NCBI GenBank assembly: GCA_027061805.1
Contig: JAMOWA010000008.1
Span: 86-64,085, forward strand
Length of the DNA: 64,000 bases
Direction of reading: 5' to 3'
Origin: Thermoanaerobaculia bacterium
GTDB taxonomy: Bacteria; Acidobacteriota; Thermoanaerobaculia; Thermoanaerobaculales; Sulfomarinibacteraceae
In this document: piece by piece, positions 35,264 through 44,440 of the stretch
How the letters are laid out: every line of letters begins with the position of its first letter
How positions within the stretch are numbered: position 1 is the first letter of the stretch
The notes under the pieces: model-generated
What the model saw: only the letters and a program-made list of their open reading frames with translations
Told to the model about the DNA's origin: nothing
The model's database searches: none
Translations under genes and position numbers: made by a program

Positions 35264-36697
35264 ATGGAGGCGGAGATCCGTACCTTGCCGGAGGTTTCCC
35301 AGGATGTGCTGGCGTCTCTTCGGCCGCCGAGCCTGACACCGGAGAAGATCCAGGAGCGCCTCAGCTACATCATCGAGAAGGACCGCGTGGTGGGGGATCT
35401 GCCCCGGCGGTTCCTCGAGGCGTTCGCGGCGGTGCTCAAGCACACCAACTACCGCCAGGTGATCGACAACTATGCCAGGATACCGGCCCGCTGCGCCAAC
35501 TGCGCCTGTGCGTGCCAGATCTACCAGCAGACCCACGATCCGAAGGACGTGCCGTGCTACCGGTCGAACCTCCTCCTGGAGGTGTACCGGCGCCACTTCA
35601 CGCTCCGTGGGATCGTGGAGGGTCACCTGAGCGGGGCGCCGTTCCTGACGGACGACCTCATCCTGGAGATGGCCGAGACCTACTACCACTGTACGGCCTG
35701 CCGCCGGTGCACTCTCGAGTGCCCCCTGGGGATCGATCACGGCCTGGTCACCCACCTCGCCCGGTACGTGCTCTCGGAGATCGGGCTGGTTCCACGGGCC
35801 CTCGTGATCTCCACCAGGGAGCAGCTGGAGGGCCAGACCCGGAACACCTCGGCGATCCCGTGGCCGGCCATCGCCGACACCCTGGAGTTCCTGGAGGAGG
35901 AGATCAAGGACGACAAGGGTGTGGACGTGAAGTTCCCGGTGGACCAGCCGGGCCGGGAGTTCATCTTCTTCGCCCCCGTGTCCGACTACCTCATGGAGGC
36001 CGAGACGCTCATGGGGATCGCCGTGGTGTTCTACGCCACGGGGGCGATGGACTCCTGGACCATCTCCACCGAGTTCCTCGACGGCATCAACTACGGGCTC
36101 TTCTACAGCGACTGGATCCTGGAACGGTGCCTCAGGGAGGAGCTCGAGCAGCTCAGGAGACTCGAGGCCAGGAAGATCCTCATCGGGGAGTGCGGCCACG
36201 CCTCGCGGTCCGCCAAGGCGTTCATGCGGACCTTCGGCGGAGGGGAGAAGGCACCTCCGGTGGTGAACATCATGGAGTACACCTACCGGGCGCTCAAGGA
36301 GGGGAAGCTCAGGCTCGATCCCGACGTGATCAGCGAGCGGGTCACCTACCACGACCCCTGCAACCTGGCCCGGACGGGCTGGATCATCGACGAACCCCGG
36401 GAGATCCTGCGGTCCTTCTGCAGGGACTACGTGGAGATGGAGCCGCGGGGACAGTGGAACCTGTGCTGCGGCGGTGGTGGCGGGACCGTCTCGGTGGACG
36501 AGATCCGCCCCTACCGGACGGGGGTGACAGGCGTGAAGAAGGCGGAGCAGATCCGGGCCACGGGGGCCCACTACGTGGTGGCACCCTGTGCGAACTGCAA
36601 GAAGCAGCTCCGCGAGGTGTGCGAGGACAACGGCCTGGACGACGTGGAGGTGGTGGGCCTCCACGACCTCATCTACAAGGCCATCGTCCTGGAATGA
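35264..36697 (+). CDS. DsrK/HmcF-like (HdrD-type) Fe-S/CCG-domain subunit, module 2
   Basis: ATG 35264 (RBS GGGAGGGAG); the track ATG 35198 lies upstream of the predicted promoter elements (-24 element starts at 35205). CANCACACQ and CTACRRCTLECP motifs. CCG motif NLCCGGGGG. Confidence 0.8.
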   Translation: MEAEIRTLPEVSQDVLASLRPPSLTPEKIQERLSYIIEKDRVVGDLPRRFLEAFAAVLKHTNYRQVIDNYARIPARCANCACACQIYQQTHDPKDVPCYRSNLLLEVYRRHFTLRGIVEGHLSGAPFLTDDLILEMAETYYHCTACRRCTLECPLGIDHGLVTHLARYVLSEIGLVPRALVISTREQLEGQTRNTSAIPWPAIADTLEFLEEEIKDDKGVDVKFPVDQPGREFIFFAPVSDYLMEAETLMGIAVVFYATGAMDSWTISTEFLDGINYGLFYSDWILERCLREELEQLRRLEARKILIGECGHASRSAKAFMRTFGGGEKAPPVVNIMEYTYRALKEGKLRLDPDVISERVTYHDPCNLARTGWIIDEPREILRSFCRDYVEMEPRGQWNLCCGGGGGTVSVDEIRPYRTGVTGVKKAEQIRATGAHYVVAPCANCKKQLREVCEDNGLDDVEVVGLHDLIYKAIVLE

Positions 36698-36707
36698 GGA
36701 GGGCGTG

Positions 36708-37418
36708 ATGCTTGAGAGCTGGATCGAGCTGGCCCGCGGCCCCCTGCTGAGACTGGCCCTGCTGGCCATGGCGGTGGGACTGCTGCGTCAGGTGCTGCTC
36801 CAGGTCTGGGAGATCTCCTGGGCCTTCCACAGGGCGGGGGATCAGGTGGTGCCGTGGAGGGTGGCCCTCAGGAGAAACCTGGAGTGGCTGCTTCCCTGGC
36901 GCTATCTCCAGAGGAAGGAGCGGCGTGCCTACAACTTCACCTCCTTCCTGTTTCACGTCGGGGTGATCGCCGTTCCCCTGTTCCTGGCCGGGCACGTGGC
37001 CATCTGGAACCAGGAGCTGGGCCTGTCCTGGTGGACGCTGCCTCCCGCGGTGGCCGACTGGCTGACGGCGATCACCGTGGTGGCGGCGCTGGGGCTCCTG
37101 CTGGGGCGGATGGTGAACTCCGCCTCCAGGGTCATCAGCAAGTTCCAGGACTGGGCGCTTCCCGTGCTGTGCATCCTGCCGTTCGTGACGGGGTTCTGGG
37201 TGGCCCACCCCCTCTGGAGCCCCTTCGACGCGCAGGTGGTCTACCTGGTCCACCTGCTGTCCGCCGAGCTGCTCCTGATCCTGGTGCCGTTCTCCAAGCT
37301 CGTCCACATGGTCCTGTTCTGGGTGAGCCAGACCTCCAGCGAGCTCGGGTGGAGGTTCCCACCCGGCTCCGGTGAGCGGGTCAGGGTCACGCTCGGGAAG
37401 GAGACGGAGGGGATATGA
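36708..37418 (+). CDS. DsrM/HmcE-like (NarI-type) membrane heme-b subunit, module 2
   Basis: ATG 36708 (RBS GAGGAGGG). 236 aa, about 5 TM, with His in helices (FLFHVG, AGHVAIW, YLVHLL, KLVHMV). Confidence 0.7.
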   Translation: MLESWIELARGPLLRLALLAMAVGLLRQVLLQVWEISWAFHRAGDQVVPWRVALRRNLEWLLPWRYLQRKERRAYNFTSFLFHVGVIAVPLFLAGHVAIWNQELGLSWWTLPPAVADWLTAITVVAALGLLLGRMVNSASRVISKFQDWALPVLCILPFVTGFWVAHPLWSPFDAQVVYLVHLLSAELLLILVPFSKLVHMVLFWVSQTSSELGWRFPPGSGERVRVTLGKETEGI

Positions 37419-38245
37419 TCACGGATCCCTGCATCCTCAACGATGTCACCCGGTGTATCGGCTGCGAGGAGTGTGTGGCGGCGTGCAAGCGGATCAACGG
37501 ACTTCCGGAAGAGGACCCGCCGCCCAGGGTCGGCCAGTCGAAGGACGGCCTGTCCTCCACGAGGTGGACGAGCATCCTCCGGAGGACCGGGGGGGTCAAC
37601 GTTCGCAAGCAGTGCCGCCACTGCCTGGAGCCCGCCTGTGTCTCCGTGTGCCCCGTGGGCGCCCTGAAGAAGACGCCCGAGGGCCCGGTGGTCTACGACA
37701 AGAGCGTCTGCATGGGGTGCCGCTACTGCATGATGGGCTGCCCGTACGGCATCCCGCACTACGAGTGGAACACCGTCAATCCCTCCATCCGGAAGTGCAT
37801 CCTCTGCCACGAGAAGCTGAAGTCCGGGGAGATCGACCGTCCCGCGTGCGTGACGGCCTGCCCGAAGGAGGCCACGGTCTTCGGAAGCCGAGACGAGATG
37901 CTGGCCGAGGCCCGCCGCCGACTCGAGGCGGAGCCGGGCACGTACCTCCAGCACATCTGGGGGGAGCACGAGGTGGGCGGCACCTCGGTGCTGTACATCT
38001 CCCACGTGGACCTCGGTTTCCTGGCCTGGCAGGATCCGAAGTTCCTGGGGGTGGAACCCCTGCCCGAGCGGACGTGGAGCGCCCTGAAGAAGGTCCCCTT
38101 CGAGTTCGTGGGCATGGCCACCTTCATGACCGCGGCCTGGTGGATCATCGACCGCAGGATGCGGCTCCAGGGAGAGGAAGGTGCCGGTGGGGACCGTGAC
38201 CACGACGAGCCCGGCGGCTCCGCAGACGAGGGAGGCGAACAATGA
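37415..38245 (+). CDS. DsrO/HybA/FdnH-like 4x[4Fe-4S] ferredoxin subunit with C-terminal TM anchor and no N-terminal signal peptide
   Basis: The first cluster motif CIGCEECVAAC begins at residue 14. Further motifs CRHCLEPACVSVCP, CMGCRYCMMGCP and CILCHEK..ACVTACP. C-terminal helix FEFVGMATFMTAAWWII. ATGA overlaps on both sides. Confidence 0.8.
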   Translation: MITDPCILNDVTRCIGCEECVAACKRINGLPEEDPPPRVGQSKDGLSSTRWTSILRRTGGVNVRKQCRHCLEPACVSVCPVGALKKTPEGPVVYDKSVCMGCRYCMMGCPYGIPHYEWNTVNPSIRKCILCHEKLKSGEIDRPACVTACPKEATVFGSRDEMLAEARRRLEAEPGTYLQHIWGEHEVGGTSVLYISHVDLGFLAWQDPKFLGVEPLPERTWSALKKVPFEFVGMATFMTAAWWIIDRRMRLQGEEGAGGDRDHDEPGGSADEGGEQ

Positions 38246-40083
38246 CCCGGCGGGTCCAGATCACCAAGGGGATCCTGTGGTTCATCTCGGGGCTGGCGGC
38301 GGCCGTGACCATCGTCCGGTTCACCCGGGGCCTCGGTACCACCACCGCGCTCTCGGACACCACGCCGTGGGGACTCTGGGTCGGTTTCGACGTGATGGGC
38401 GGCGTGGCCCTGGCGGCGGGCGGATTCGTCATCGGCGCCATCGCCCACGTCTTTCAGAGGGAGCGCTACCACCACGCGGTGCGGCCGGCGATCCTCACCG
38501 CGCTGCTGGGCTATGCTGCGGTGGCGGTGGGGCTGATCTACGATCTCGGTCTCCCGTGGAACATCTGGCATCCGCTGATCTTCTGGAACCCCCACTCGCC
38601 GCTCTTCGAGGTGGCCTGGTGCGTGATGACCTACCTGGGGATCCTGTTCCTGGAGTTCCTGCCGGTGTTCCTGGAGAGGACCCGTTTCCAGGCGCTGTAC
38701 CGGACCCTGCTGCGCCTCCAGCTGCCGCTGATCATCCTGGGAATCTCGGTATCCACGCTCCACCAGTCGAGCCTGGGGACCCTCCTGCTCATCATGCCCT
38801 TCCGGCTGCACCCGCTCTGGTACACGCCCCACCTGCCGGAGCTGTTCTTCGTCTCCGCCATCTGCCTGGGGCTGGTGATGGTGATCTTCGAGTCCTCGGT
38901 GACGGCCTGGCTGTACGAGCGGGAGCCCCACACCGACATGCTCGCGGGGCTCTCCCGCTTTGCGGCGGGTGCCCTGGCCTTCTACCTGGCCTTCCGGTTC
39001 TTCGACCTGTGGCACCACGGCAAGCTGGGCCTGGCCTTCGAGAACACCTTCGAGGTGCGCCTCTTCTGGTTCGAGATCGCCATCAGCGCGGTGATCCCGC
39101 TGGTCCTGTTCCTGATTCCCCGCGTTCGCAGGAGCCACACGGGGGTGTTCATCGCGGCAGCCCTCGGCGTGATGGGCTTCCTGCTCAACCGCATCGACGC
39201 CTCGGGTCTGGCCCAGGTGTGGGCCACCGGCGCCGACTACTTCCCCGAGTGGACCGAGTTCGTGGTCAGCTTCGGGATCGTGTCGTTCTTCGCACTGATC
39301 TACCTCTTCATCCAGGAACACTTCCCGGTGGAGAAGGAGATCGTGGACGAGGAGGAGAGGTGGCTGCAACGCCAGCTCTTCGTGCTGCCCCGTTTCGACA
39401 GGGGCTCCCAGGTCTGGCTCGGTGATGCGACCTTCGCCTCCCGCAGGGTGTACTCGGCTCTCTTCGTGGTGGCGCTGGTGGTGGGGCTGGCGCTCACGCC
39501 GTGGCAGCCGCTCGTGAAGGCCTCGCCGGTGCAGCGGGCCCGGGGCGGCGAGATGCTCCGTGTGGGCTACCCCCTCGGCACCGTCATGTTCCCCCACGGG
39601 GAGCACATCACGCGGCTGGGGAAGGAGGCCTGCGGGACCTGCCACCACCTCCACAAGCCCGGCGACGTGGGGACCCCGTGCTCCGAGTGCCACGCGGACC
39701 TCTACCTGGACACCACGATCTTCGATCACGTGCGGCACGTGGCGGTCCTGGAGGGCAACGCCTCCTGTGCGAAGTGCCACCCGGAGGGGCAACCCAAGGT
39801 CCGTGCCACGGCCAGGAAGTGCTCCTCGTGCCACGAGAAGGACATGATGGCCGCCAACACCGTGGCGACCCGGTTCGAGAGCCTCGCGGCCCCGGGCCTG
39901 CGGCGGGCGGCCCACGGGATCTGCATCGAGTGCCACCGGAGGGAGGCGGCCAACCCCGAGTGGAAGAAGCCGGACCTCTTCCGCTGCGCCACCTGCCACA
40001 AGACCCCCGTGCCCCACGTGCAGGAGCTCCGGCTCCTCCGGGCGGAGGGCGGGGAGACCGCTCCGGTCGCAGCGGGTTCGTGA
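38242..40083 (+). CDS. Fusion: DsrP/HmcC-like NrfD-family membrane subunit (about 10 TM) + linker TM + C-terminal hexaheme cytochrome c domain
   Basis: 613 aa. NrfD/PsrC-like N-terminal 400 aa. Extra TM VYSALFVVALVVGLALTPW. Six CxxCH motifs: CGTCH, CSECH, CAKCH, CSSCH, CIECH and CATCH. Confidence 0.8.
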   Translation: MTRRVQITKGILWFISGLAAAVTIVRFTRGLGTTTALSDTTPWGLWVGFDVMGGVALAAGGFVIGAIAHVFQRERYHHAVRPAILTALLGYAAVAVGLIYDLGLPWNIWHPLIFWNPHSPLFEVAWCVMTYLGILFLEFLPVFLERTRFQALYRTLLRLQLPLIILGISVSTLHQSSLGTLLLIMPFRLHPLWYTPHLPELFFVSAICLGLVMVIFESSVTAWLYEREPHTDMLAGLSRFAAGALAFYLAFRFFDLWHHGKLGLAFENTFEVRLFWFEIAISAVIPLVLFLIPRVRRSHTGVFIAAALGVMGFLLNRIDASGLAQVWATGADYFPEWTEFVVSFGIVSFFALIYLFIQEHFPVEKEIVDEEERWLQRQLFVLPRFDRGSQVWLGDATFASRRVYSALFVVALVVGLALTPWQPLVKASPVQRARGGEMLRVGYPLGTVMFPHGEHITRLGKEACGTCHHLHKPGDVGTPCSECHADLYLDTTIFDHVRHVAVLEGNASCAKCHPEGQPKVRATARKCSSCHEKDMMAANTVATRFESLAAPGLRRAAHGICIECHRREAANPEWKKPDLFRCATCHKTPVPHVQELRLLRAEGGETAPVAAGS

Positions 40084-40165
40084 CACCTCCGGTGGCTGCC
40101 GTCCCCGGGTCCGCCGGGGACGGCTCCGCGGACCCGGGGACGGTGGGGAGCCGGCCACTCCGGGT

Positions 40166-40181
40166 GTTACGTATCGGTAAC
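40166..40181. promoter_or_regulatory. GTTAC-N6-GTAAC palindrome (copy 5)
   Basis: GTTACgtatcgGTAAC, about 204 bp upstream of P5. Confidence 0.6.
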
Positions 40182-40274
40182 CATGCCGGGAGAATCGGCG
40201 TCCCGGGGCGGACCCCCGAAGCCAGAGGAGCCTGTGTCAACAACTCACCTGTTTTGAGATAGTTGGACTTCACT

Positions 40275-40290
40275 GTTCCGATCTCGTAAC
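40275..40290. promoter_or_regulatory. Degenerate copy of the palindrome (GTTCC-N6-GTAAC)
   Basis: GTTCCgatctcGTAAC, one mismatch, about 95 bp upstream of P5. Confidence 0.4.
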
Positions 40291-40384
40291 ACCCTGCGGT
40301 GAGCCCACTTTCCCCGTCCGGAACATGTCAGCTCAAATCTTGCTCTGTCAACCATATAGGAGTGCATATCCGGGGCCGGGGCAC

Positions 40385-40400
40385 TGGCACATGGGTTGCA
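40385..40400 (+). promoter_or_regulatory. Candidate sigma54 promoter P5 (YeiH-like/dsrABD unit)
   Basis: TGGCACatgggTTGCA, exact TGGCAC-N5-TTGC, 50 bp upstream of ATG 40450. The track ATG 40396 lies inside the promoter. Confidence 0.75.
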
Positions 40401-40449
40401 CCTCTCCCGGGCCGGGAGAGCTGGGACCAGGGGGGAGAAGGAGGACGCG

Positions 40450-42096
40450 ATGGGCGAAGGAATCAAGCAACTGTGGAAGAAGGAAGACTGGTGGGCCGTG
40501 TGGCTCGGGCTCGGCATCGTCGTGATGGCGCTGTCCGTCTACCTGAGCGGCGGCACGATCAAGGGCTGGGCCGTGACGCCCGGGAAGTGGTCGAGCCTCT
40601 CGCAGCTCGGCGCCGACCTGGCGAAGCACGGCATGGGGTACCTGACGATCTTTCTGCTGTTCGGGATCGTCTTCACCGTCTCCATTGCCATCATGGGCCG
40701 GAAGGTCAAGGAGTACATCCCGGGCTACACGATGCTCTTCGTGGGCTCCCTGATCATCTTCTATCTGGCCTCCAACAAGTTTGTGAAGGGGACGCTTCAT
40801 CTGGGTGCCCCGCTGCTCGCCCTGATCATCGGGCTCATCATCGGAAACATCAAGAAGATGCCGGAGTGGTTCCAGACGAGCCTGCGGACCGAGTACTACA
40901 TCAAGACCGGAATCGTGCTGCTGGGCGCCACCCTGCCCCTGACGCTGATCTTCTCGGCGGGACCGGTGGCCTTCATCCAGGCGACGATCGTCTCGGTCTG
41001 CACCTGGCTGACGATCTTCCTGGCCGCCACCAAGATCTTCAAGCTCGAGCCGCAGTTCGGGGCGGTCCTGGGTGCCGGCGGGGCGGTCTGCGGCGTCTCG
41101 GCCTCCATCGCAGTGGGCGGTGCGGTCAAGGCCCACAAGGACCACATCGCCATCGGCATCGCCATCGTCTCGGTGTGGGCGATCGTCATGATCCTGATCC
41201 TGAGCGTGGTGGTGAAGTTCATGGTGCCCGCAGCCATCTCTCCCGGTGAGGCGGGGGCCTGGGTGGGGACCTCGGAGTTCGCCGACGCGGCGGGGTTCGC
41301 CGTGGTGGCAGAGCTGGCCGACGTGATCGAGTCCGGTGCGCTCACCGGCCCCGGTGGCGCCCCCCTCAACCCGGACGATCCCATCAACACCTTCACCCTC
41401 ATGAAGGTGATCGGTCGGGACATCTGGATCGGCATCTGGTGCCTGATCCTGGCCATCGTCTCGGTGGTCTTCTGGGAGAAGAAGGACGCGTCACAGAGGG
41501 CAGTGGGAGCCGGGATCATCTGGGAGCGGTTTCCCAAGTTCGTGCTGGGGTTCTTCGCCGCGTCCATCATCATGACCGCCGTCACCGCCAACCCGCCCGG
41601 GGACTGGGTGGGGAAGGCCAAGCTGAAGGGGACCTTCAAGTCCAAGGCCGAGAAGATCGTCTACGCGGCCGACTTCTCCAACTACGTGGTGCCGCAGGAG
41701 CTCGCGGACAAGTTCGCCATCGAGGGTGACACCATCACCTTCAAGGGCAAGATGAGCATCCACGAGTTCGAGATCCTCAAGGCGGCGATCCCGCAGGACG
41801 ATCCGAACCGCAAGGACAAGATCGGCGCGCTCAAGCAGCTGCGGCATTCTTCGGACTGGTTCTTCTCCGATCTGAAGCCGAAGCTGATCAACCCGATCAA
41901 GAAACTCAGGTCGTGGGCCTTCGTCCTGTGCTTCCTCTGCATCGGGCTGTCCACGCGCTTCGCCGACCTGCTGACCTTCGGCCTGAAGCCGTTCTGGGCG
42001 TTCACCATCGGTGTGCTGGTCAATGTGCCCCTCGGGTACTTCCTGTCCACCGTGGTGTTCTCGAAGTTCTGGTCGAACATTTCGAGCCTCATGTGA
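40450..42096 (+). CDS. YeiH/UPF0324 (putative sulfate-exporter, PSE) family transporter with large hydrophilic insertions
   Basis: ATG 40450 after AGGAGG. 548 aa. Multi-TM core typical of YeiH ([15 protein letters not shown]). About 110-aa soluble insert ([19 protein letters not shown]...KLRSWAF) before the last TM helices. Confidence 0.65.
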   Translation: MGEGIKQLWKKEDWWAVWLGLGIVVMALSVYLSGGTIKGWAVTPGKWSSLSQLGADLAKHGMGYLTIFLLFGIVFTVSIAIMGRKVKEYIPGYTMLFVGSLIIFYLASNKFVKGTLHLGAPLLALIIGLIIGNIKKMPEWFQTSLRTEYYIKTGIVLLGATLPLTLIFSAGPVAFIQATIVSVCTWLTIFLAATKIFKLEPQFGAVLGAGGAVCGVSASIAVGGAVKAHKDHIAIGIAIVSVWAIVMILILSVVVKFMVPAAISPGEAGAWVGTSEFADAAGFAVVAELADVIESGALTGPGGAPLNPDDPINTFTLMKVIGRDIWIGIWCLILAIVSVVFWEKKDASQRAVGAGIIWERFPKFVLGFFAASIIMTAVTANPPGDWVGKAKLKGTFKSKAEKIVYAADFSNYVVPQELADKFAIEGDTITFKGKMSIHEFEILKAAIPQDDPNRKDKIGALKQLRHSSDWFFSDLKPKLINPIKKLRSWAFVLCFLCIGLSTRFADLLTFGLKPFWAFTIGVLVNVPLGYFLSTVVFSKFWSNISSLM

Positions 42097-42151
42097 GGCA
42101 CGGGGGGAAAACAGGACCTGCGGGTCTGGGGAGACAAGGAAAGGAGTTGCC

Positions 42152-43345
42152 ATGAGTGAGAAGAATCGAGCAACACCGCTGCTTGACGAGCTCGAGAAGG
42201 GGCCGTGGCCGAGCTTCGTCAAGGAGATCAAGAAGGAGTCCGAACGGCCCATGGTCAGGGACCTGCTCGGGTTGCTGGAGCGGTCCTACGAGGAGCACAT
42301 CGGACACTGGAAGCACGGCGGCCTCGTGGGCGTCATGGGGTACGGCGGCGGTGTCATCGGGCGGTACTCCGACCTGCCCGAGGAGTTCCCGGAGATCGCG
42401 GAGTTCCACACCTACCGCGTGAACCAGCCCTCCGCCTGGTTCTACACCTCCGACGCACTCAGGACCCTGTGCGACATCTGGGACAGGCACGGGTCGGGCC
42501 TGACGAACATGCACGGGTCCACGGGTGACATCATCTTCCTCGGGTCCAAGACCGAGGCGCTCGAGCCCTGCTTCGCCGACCTGACCGAGGCGGGCTTCGA
42601 CCTGGGCGGCTCGGGTTCCGACGTGCGGACGCCGAGCTGCTGCGTGGGACCCGCCCGGTGCGAGTGGGCCTGCTACGACACGCTGGAGGCCTGCTACGAC
42701 ATCACGCAGACCTACCAGGACGAGCTGCACCGGCCGGCCTTCCCCTACAAGTACAAGTTCAAGTTCGCCGGGTGCCCCAACGACTGCGTGGCCTCCATTG
42801 CACGGTCGGACATGTCGGTGATCGGCACATGGAAGGACAACATCCAGATCGACCAGGAGCAGGTCCGCGAGTATGCGGCGGGCGGCACGGACATCGAGGC
42901 CGAGATCTGCGAGATGTGCCCCACCGGCTGCATCACCTGGAACGGCGAGCAGCTGGTCATCGACAACTCGGAGTGCGTCAAGTGCATGCACTGCATCAAC
43001 GTGATGCCCAGGGCGCTCAAGCCGGGCAAGGAACGCGGCGCGACGATCCTCATCGGCGCCAAGGCGCCCATCATCGGAGGGGCGCTGCTGTCCTCCGTCT
43101 TCGTTCCGTTCCTCGAGATGGAGCCCCCGTACGAGGACCTCAAGGAGCTGGCCGAGGCCATCTGGGACTTCTGGGGCGAGTACGGCAAGAACCGCGAGCG
43201 CGTGGGCGAGTTCATCCAGCGCGTCGGTCTGGGCAACTTCCTGGAGGAGATCGGCCTGGATCCCGTTCCCGAGATGGTGGCCCATCCCAGGACGAACCCG
43301 TACATCTTCTTCGACGAAGAGCTCGAAGAGGACGAGGACGAGTAG
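42152..43345 (+). CDS. dsrA: Dissimilatory sulfite reductase alpha subunit
   Basis: N-terminus [20 protein letters not shown]. Siroheme/cluster Cys [12 protein letters not shown]. Ferredoxin insert [14 protein letters not shown] and CPTGC..CVKCMHC. Confidence 0.95.
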   Translation: MSEKNRATPLLDELEKGPWPSFVKEIKKESERPMVRDLLGLLERSYEEHIGHWKHGGLVGVMGYGGGVIGRYSDLPEEFPEIAEFHTYRVNQPSAWFYTSDALRTLCDIWDRHGSGLTNMHGSTGDIIFLGSKTEALEPCFADLTEAGFDLGGSGSDVRTPSCCVGPARCEWACYDTLEACYDITQTYQDELHRPAFPYKYKFKFAGCPNDCVASIARSDMSVIGTWKDNIQIDQEQVREYAAGGTDIEAEICEMCPTGCITWNGEQLVIDNSECVKCMHCINVMPRALKPGKERGATILIGAKAPIIGGALLSSVFVPFLEMEPPYEDLKELAEAIWDFWGEYGKNRERVGEFIQRVGLGNFLEEIGLDPVPEMVAHPRTNPYIFFDEELEEDEDE

Positions 43346-43354
43346 GAGGTATCC

Positions 43355-44431
43355 ATGGCTGTGGCAACCAGAAAGACGGACATCGGACCGCCGAATTACA
43401 AGCAGTTCCTTCCGCCCATCATCCAGAAGAACTACGGCAAGTGGGCGTACCACGAGATCCCCGAGCCGGGCGTCATGGTGCACGTGGCCGAGTCGGGCGA
43501 CAAGCTCTACACGGTCCGGGCGGGCACGCCTCGCCTGCTGGCCATCACCACCATCCGGGCGTTCGCGGACCTGGCGGACAGGTACTGTGACGGGTACATC
43601 CGCTGGACCAGCCGGCACAACGTGGAGTTCCTCCTGACCGATCCCTCGAAGATTCCGGCGCTCAAGAAGGACCTGGAGGAGCTGGGATTCCCGGTGGGCG
43701 GTACGGGCAACGCCATCTCCTCCATCGTCCACACCCAGGGGTGGGTCCACTGCCACTCCGCGGCCACGGACGCCTCCGGGGTGGTGAAGAGCCTCATGGA
43801 CGAGCTCTTCCCTCACTTCGTCAACATGGACCTGCCCGCCAAGCTCCGGGTGGCCTTTGCCTGCTGCCTGAACATGTGCGGCGCGGTGCACTGCTCCGAC
43901 ATCGCGGTCCTGGGCGTCCACACCAGGGCACCCACCATCGACCACGACGAGCTGCCCAAGGTCTGCGAGGTGCCGACCCTGGTCTCCTCCTGCCCCACCG
44001 GCGCCATCCGGCCGGCCACCGTGGACGGCAACGCCTCGGTGGAGATCGAGGAGGAGCAGTGCATGTACTGCGGCAACTGCTACACTGTCTGCCCCTCGGT
44101 GAAGATCAACAACGCCGAGACCGACGGCATCTCCATCTGGGTGGGCGGCAAGGTCTCCAACGCCCGCTCGGAGCCCAAGTTCTCCAAGCTCGCCATCCCG
44201 TACCTCCCCAACAATCCGCCGCGCTGGCCGGAGGTTGTGGAGGCGGTGGTCAACATCGTCAACGTCTACGCCCAGAACGCCCGGAAGCACGAGCGCCTGG
44301 GAGAGTGGATCGACCGCATCGGCTGGCCGCGCTTCTTCGAGCTCACCGGCATTCCGTTCACCAAGTACCACATCGACGACTTCAAGCACGCCGGCGAGAC
44401 CTACAAGCGGTCCGTCCAGCTGAAGCACTAG
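43355..44431 (+). CDS. dsrB: Dissimilatory sulfite reductase beta subunit
   Basis: [43 protein letters not shown], and ferredoxin domain [18 protein letters not shown]. Confidence 0.95.
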   Translation: MAVATRKTDIGPPNYKQFLPPIIQKNYGKWAYHEIPEPGVMVHVAESGDKLYTVRAGTPRLLAITTIRAFADLADRYCDGYIRWTSRHNVEFLLTDPSKIPALKKDLEELGFPVGGTGNAISSIVHTQGWVHCHSAATDASGVVKSLMDELFPHFVNMDLPAKLRVAFACCLNMCGAVHCSDIAVLGVHTRAPTIDHDELPKVCEVPTLVSSCPTGAIRPATVDGNASVEIEEEQCMYCGNCYTVCPSVKINNAETDGISIWVGGKVSNARSEPKFSKLAIPYLPNNPPRWPEVVEAVVNIVNVYAQNARKHERLGEWIDRIGWPRFFELTGIPFTKYHIDDFKHAGETYKRSVQLKH

Positions 44432-44440
44432 GAGGCGATC

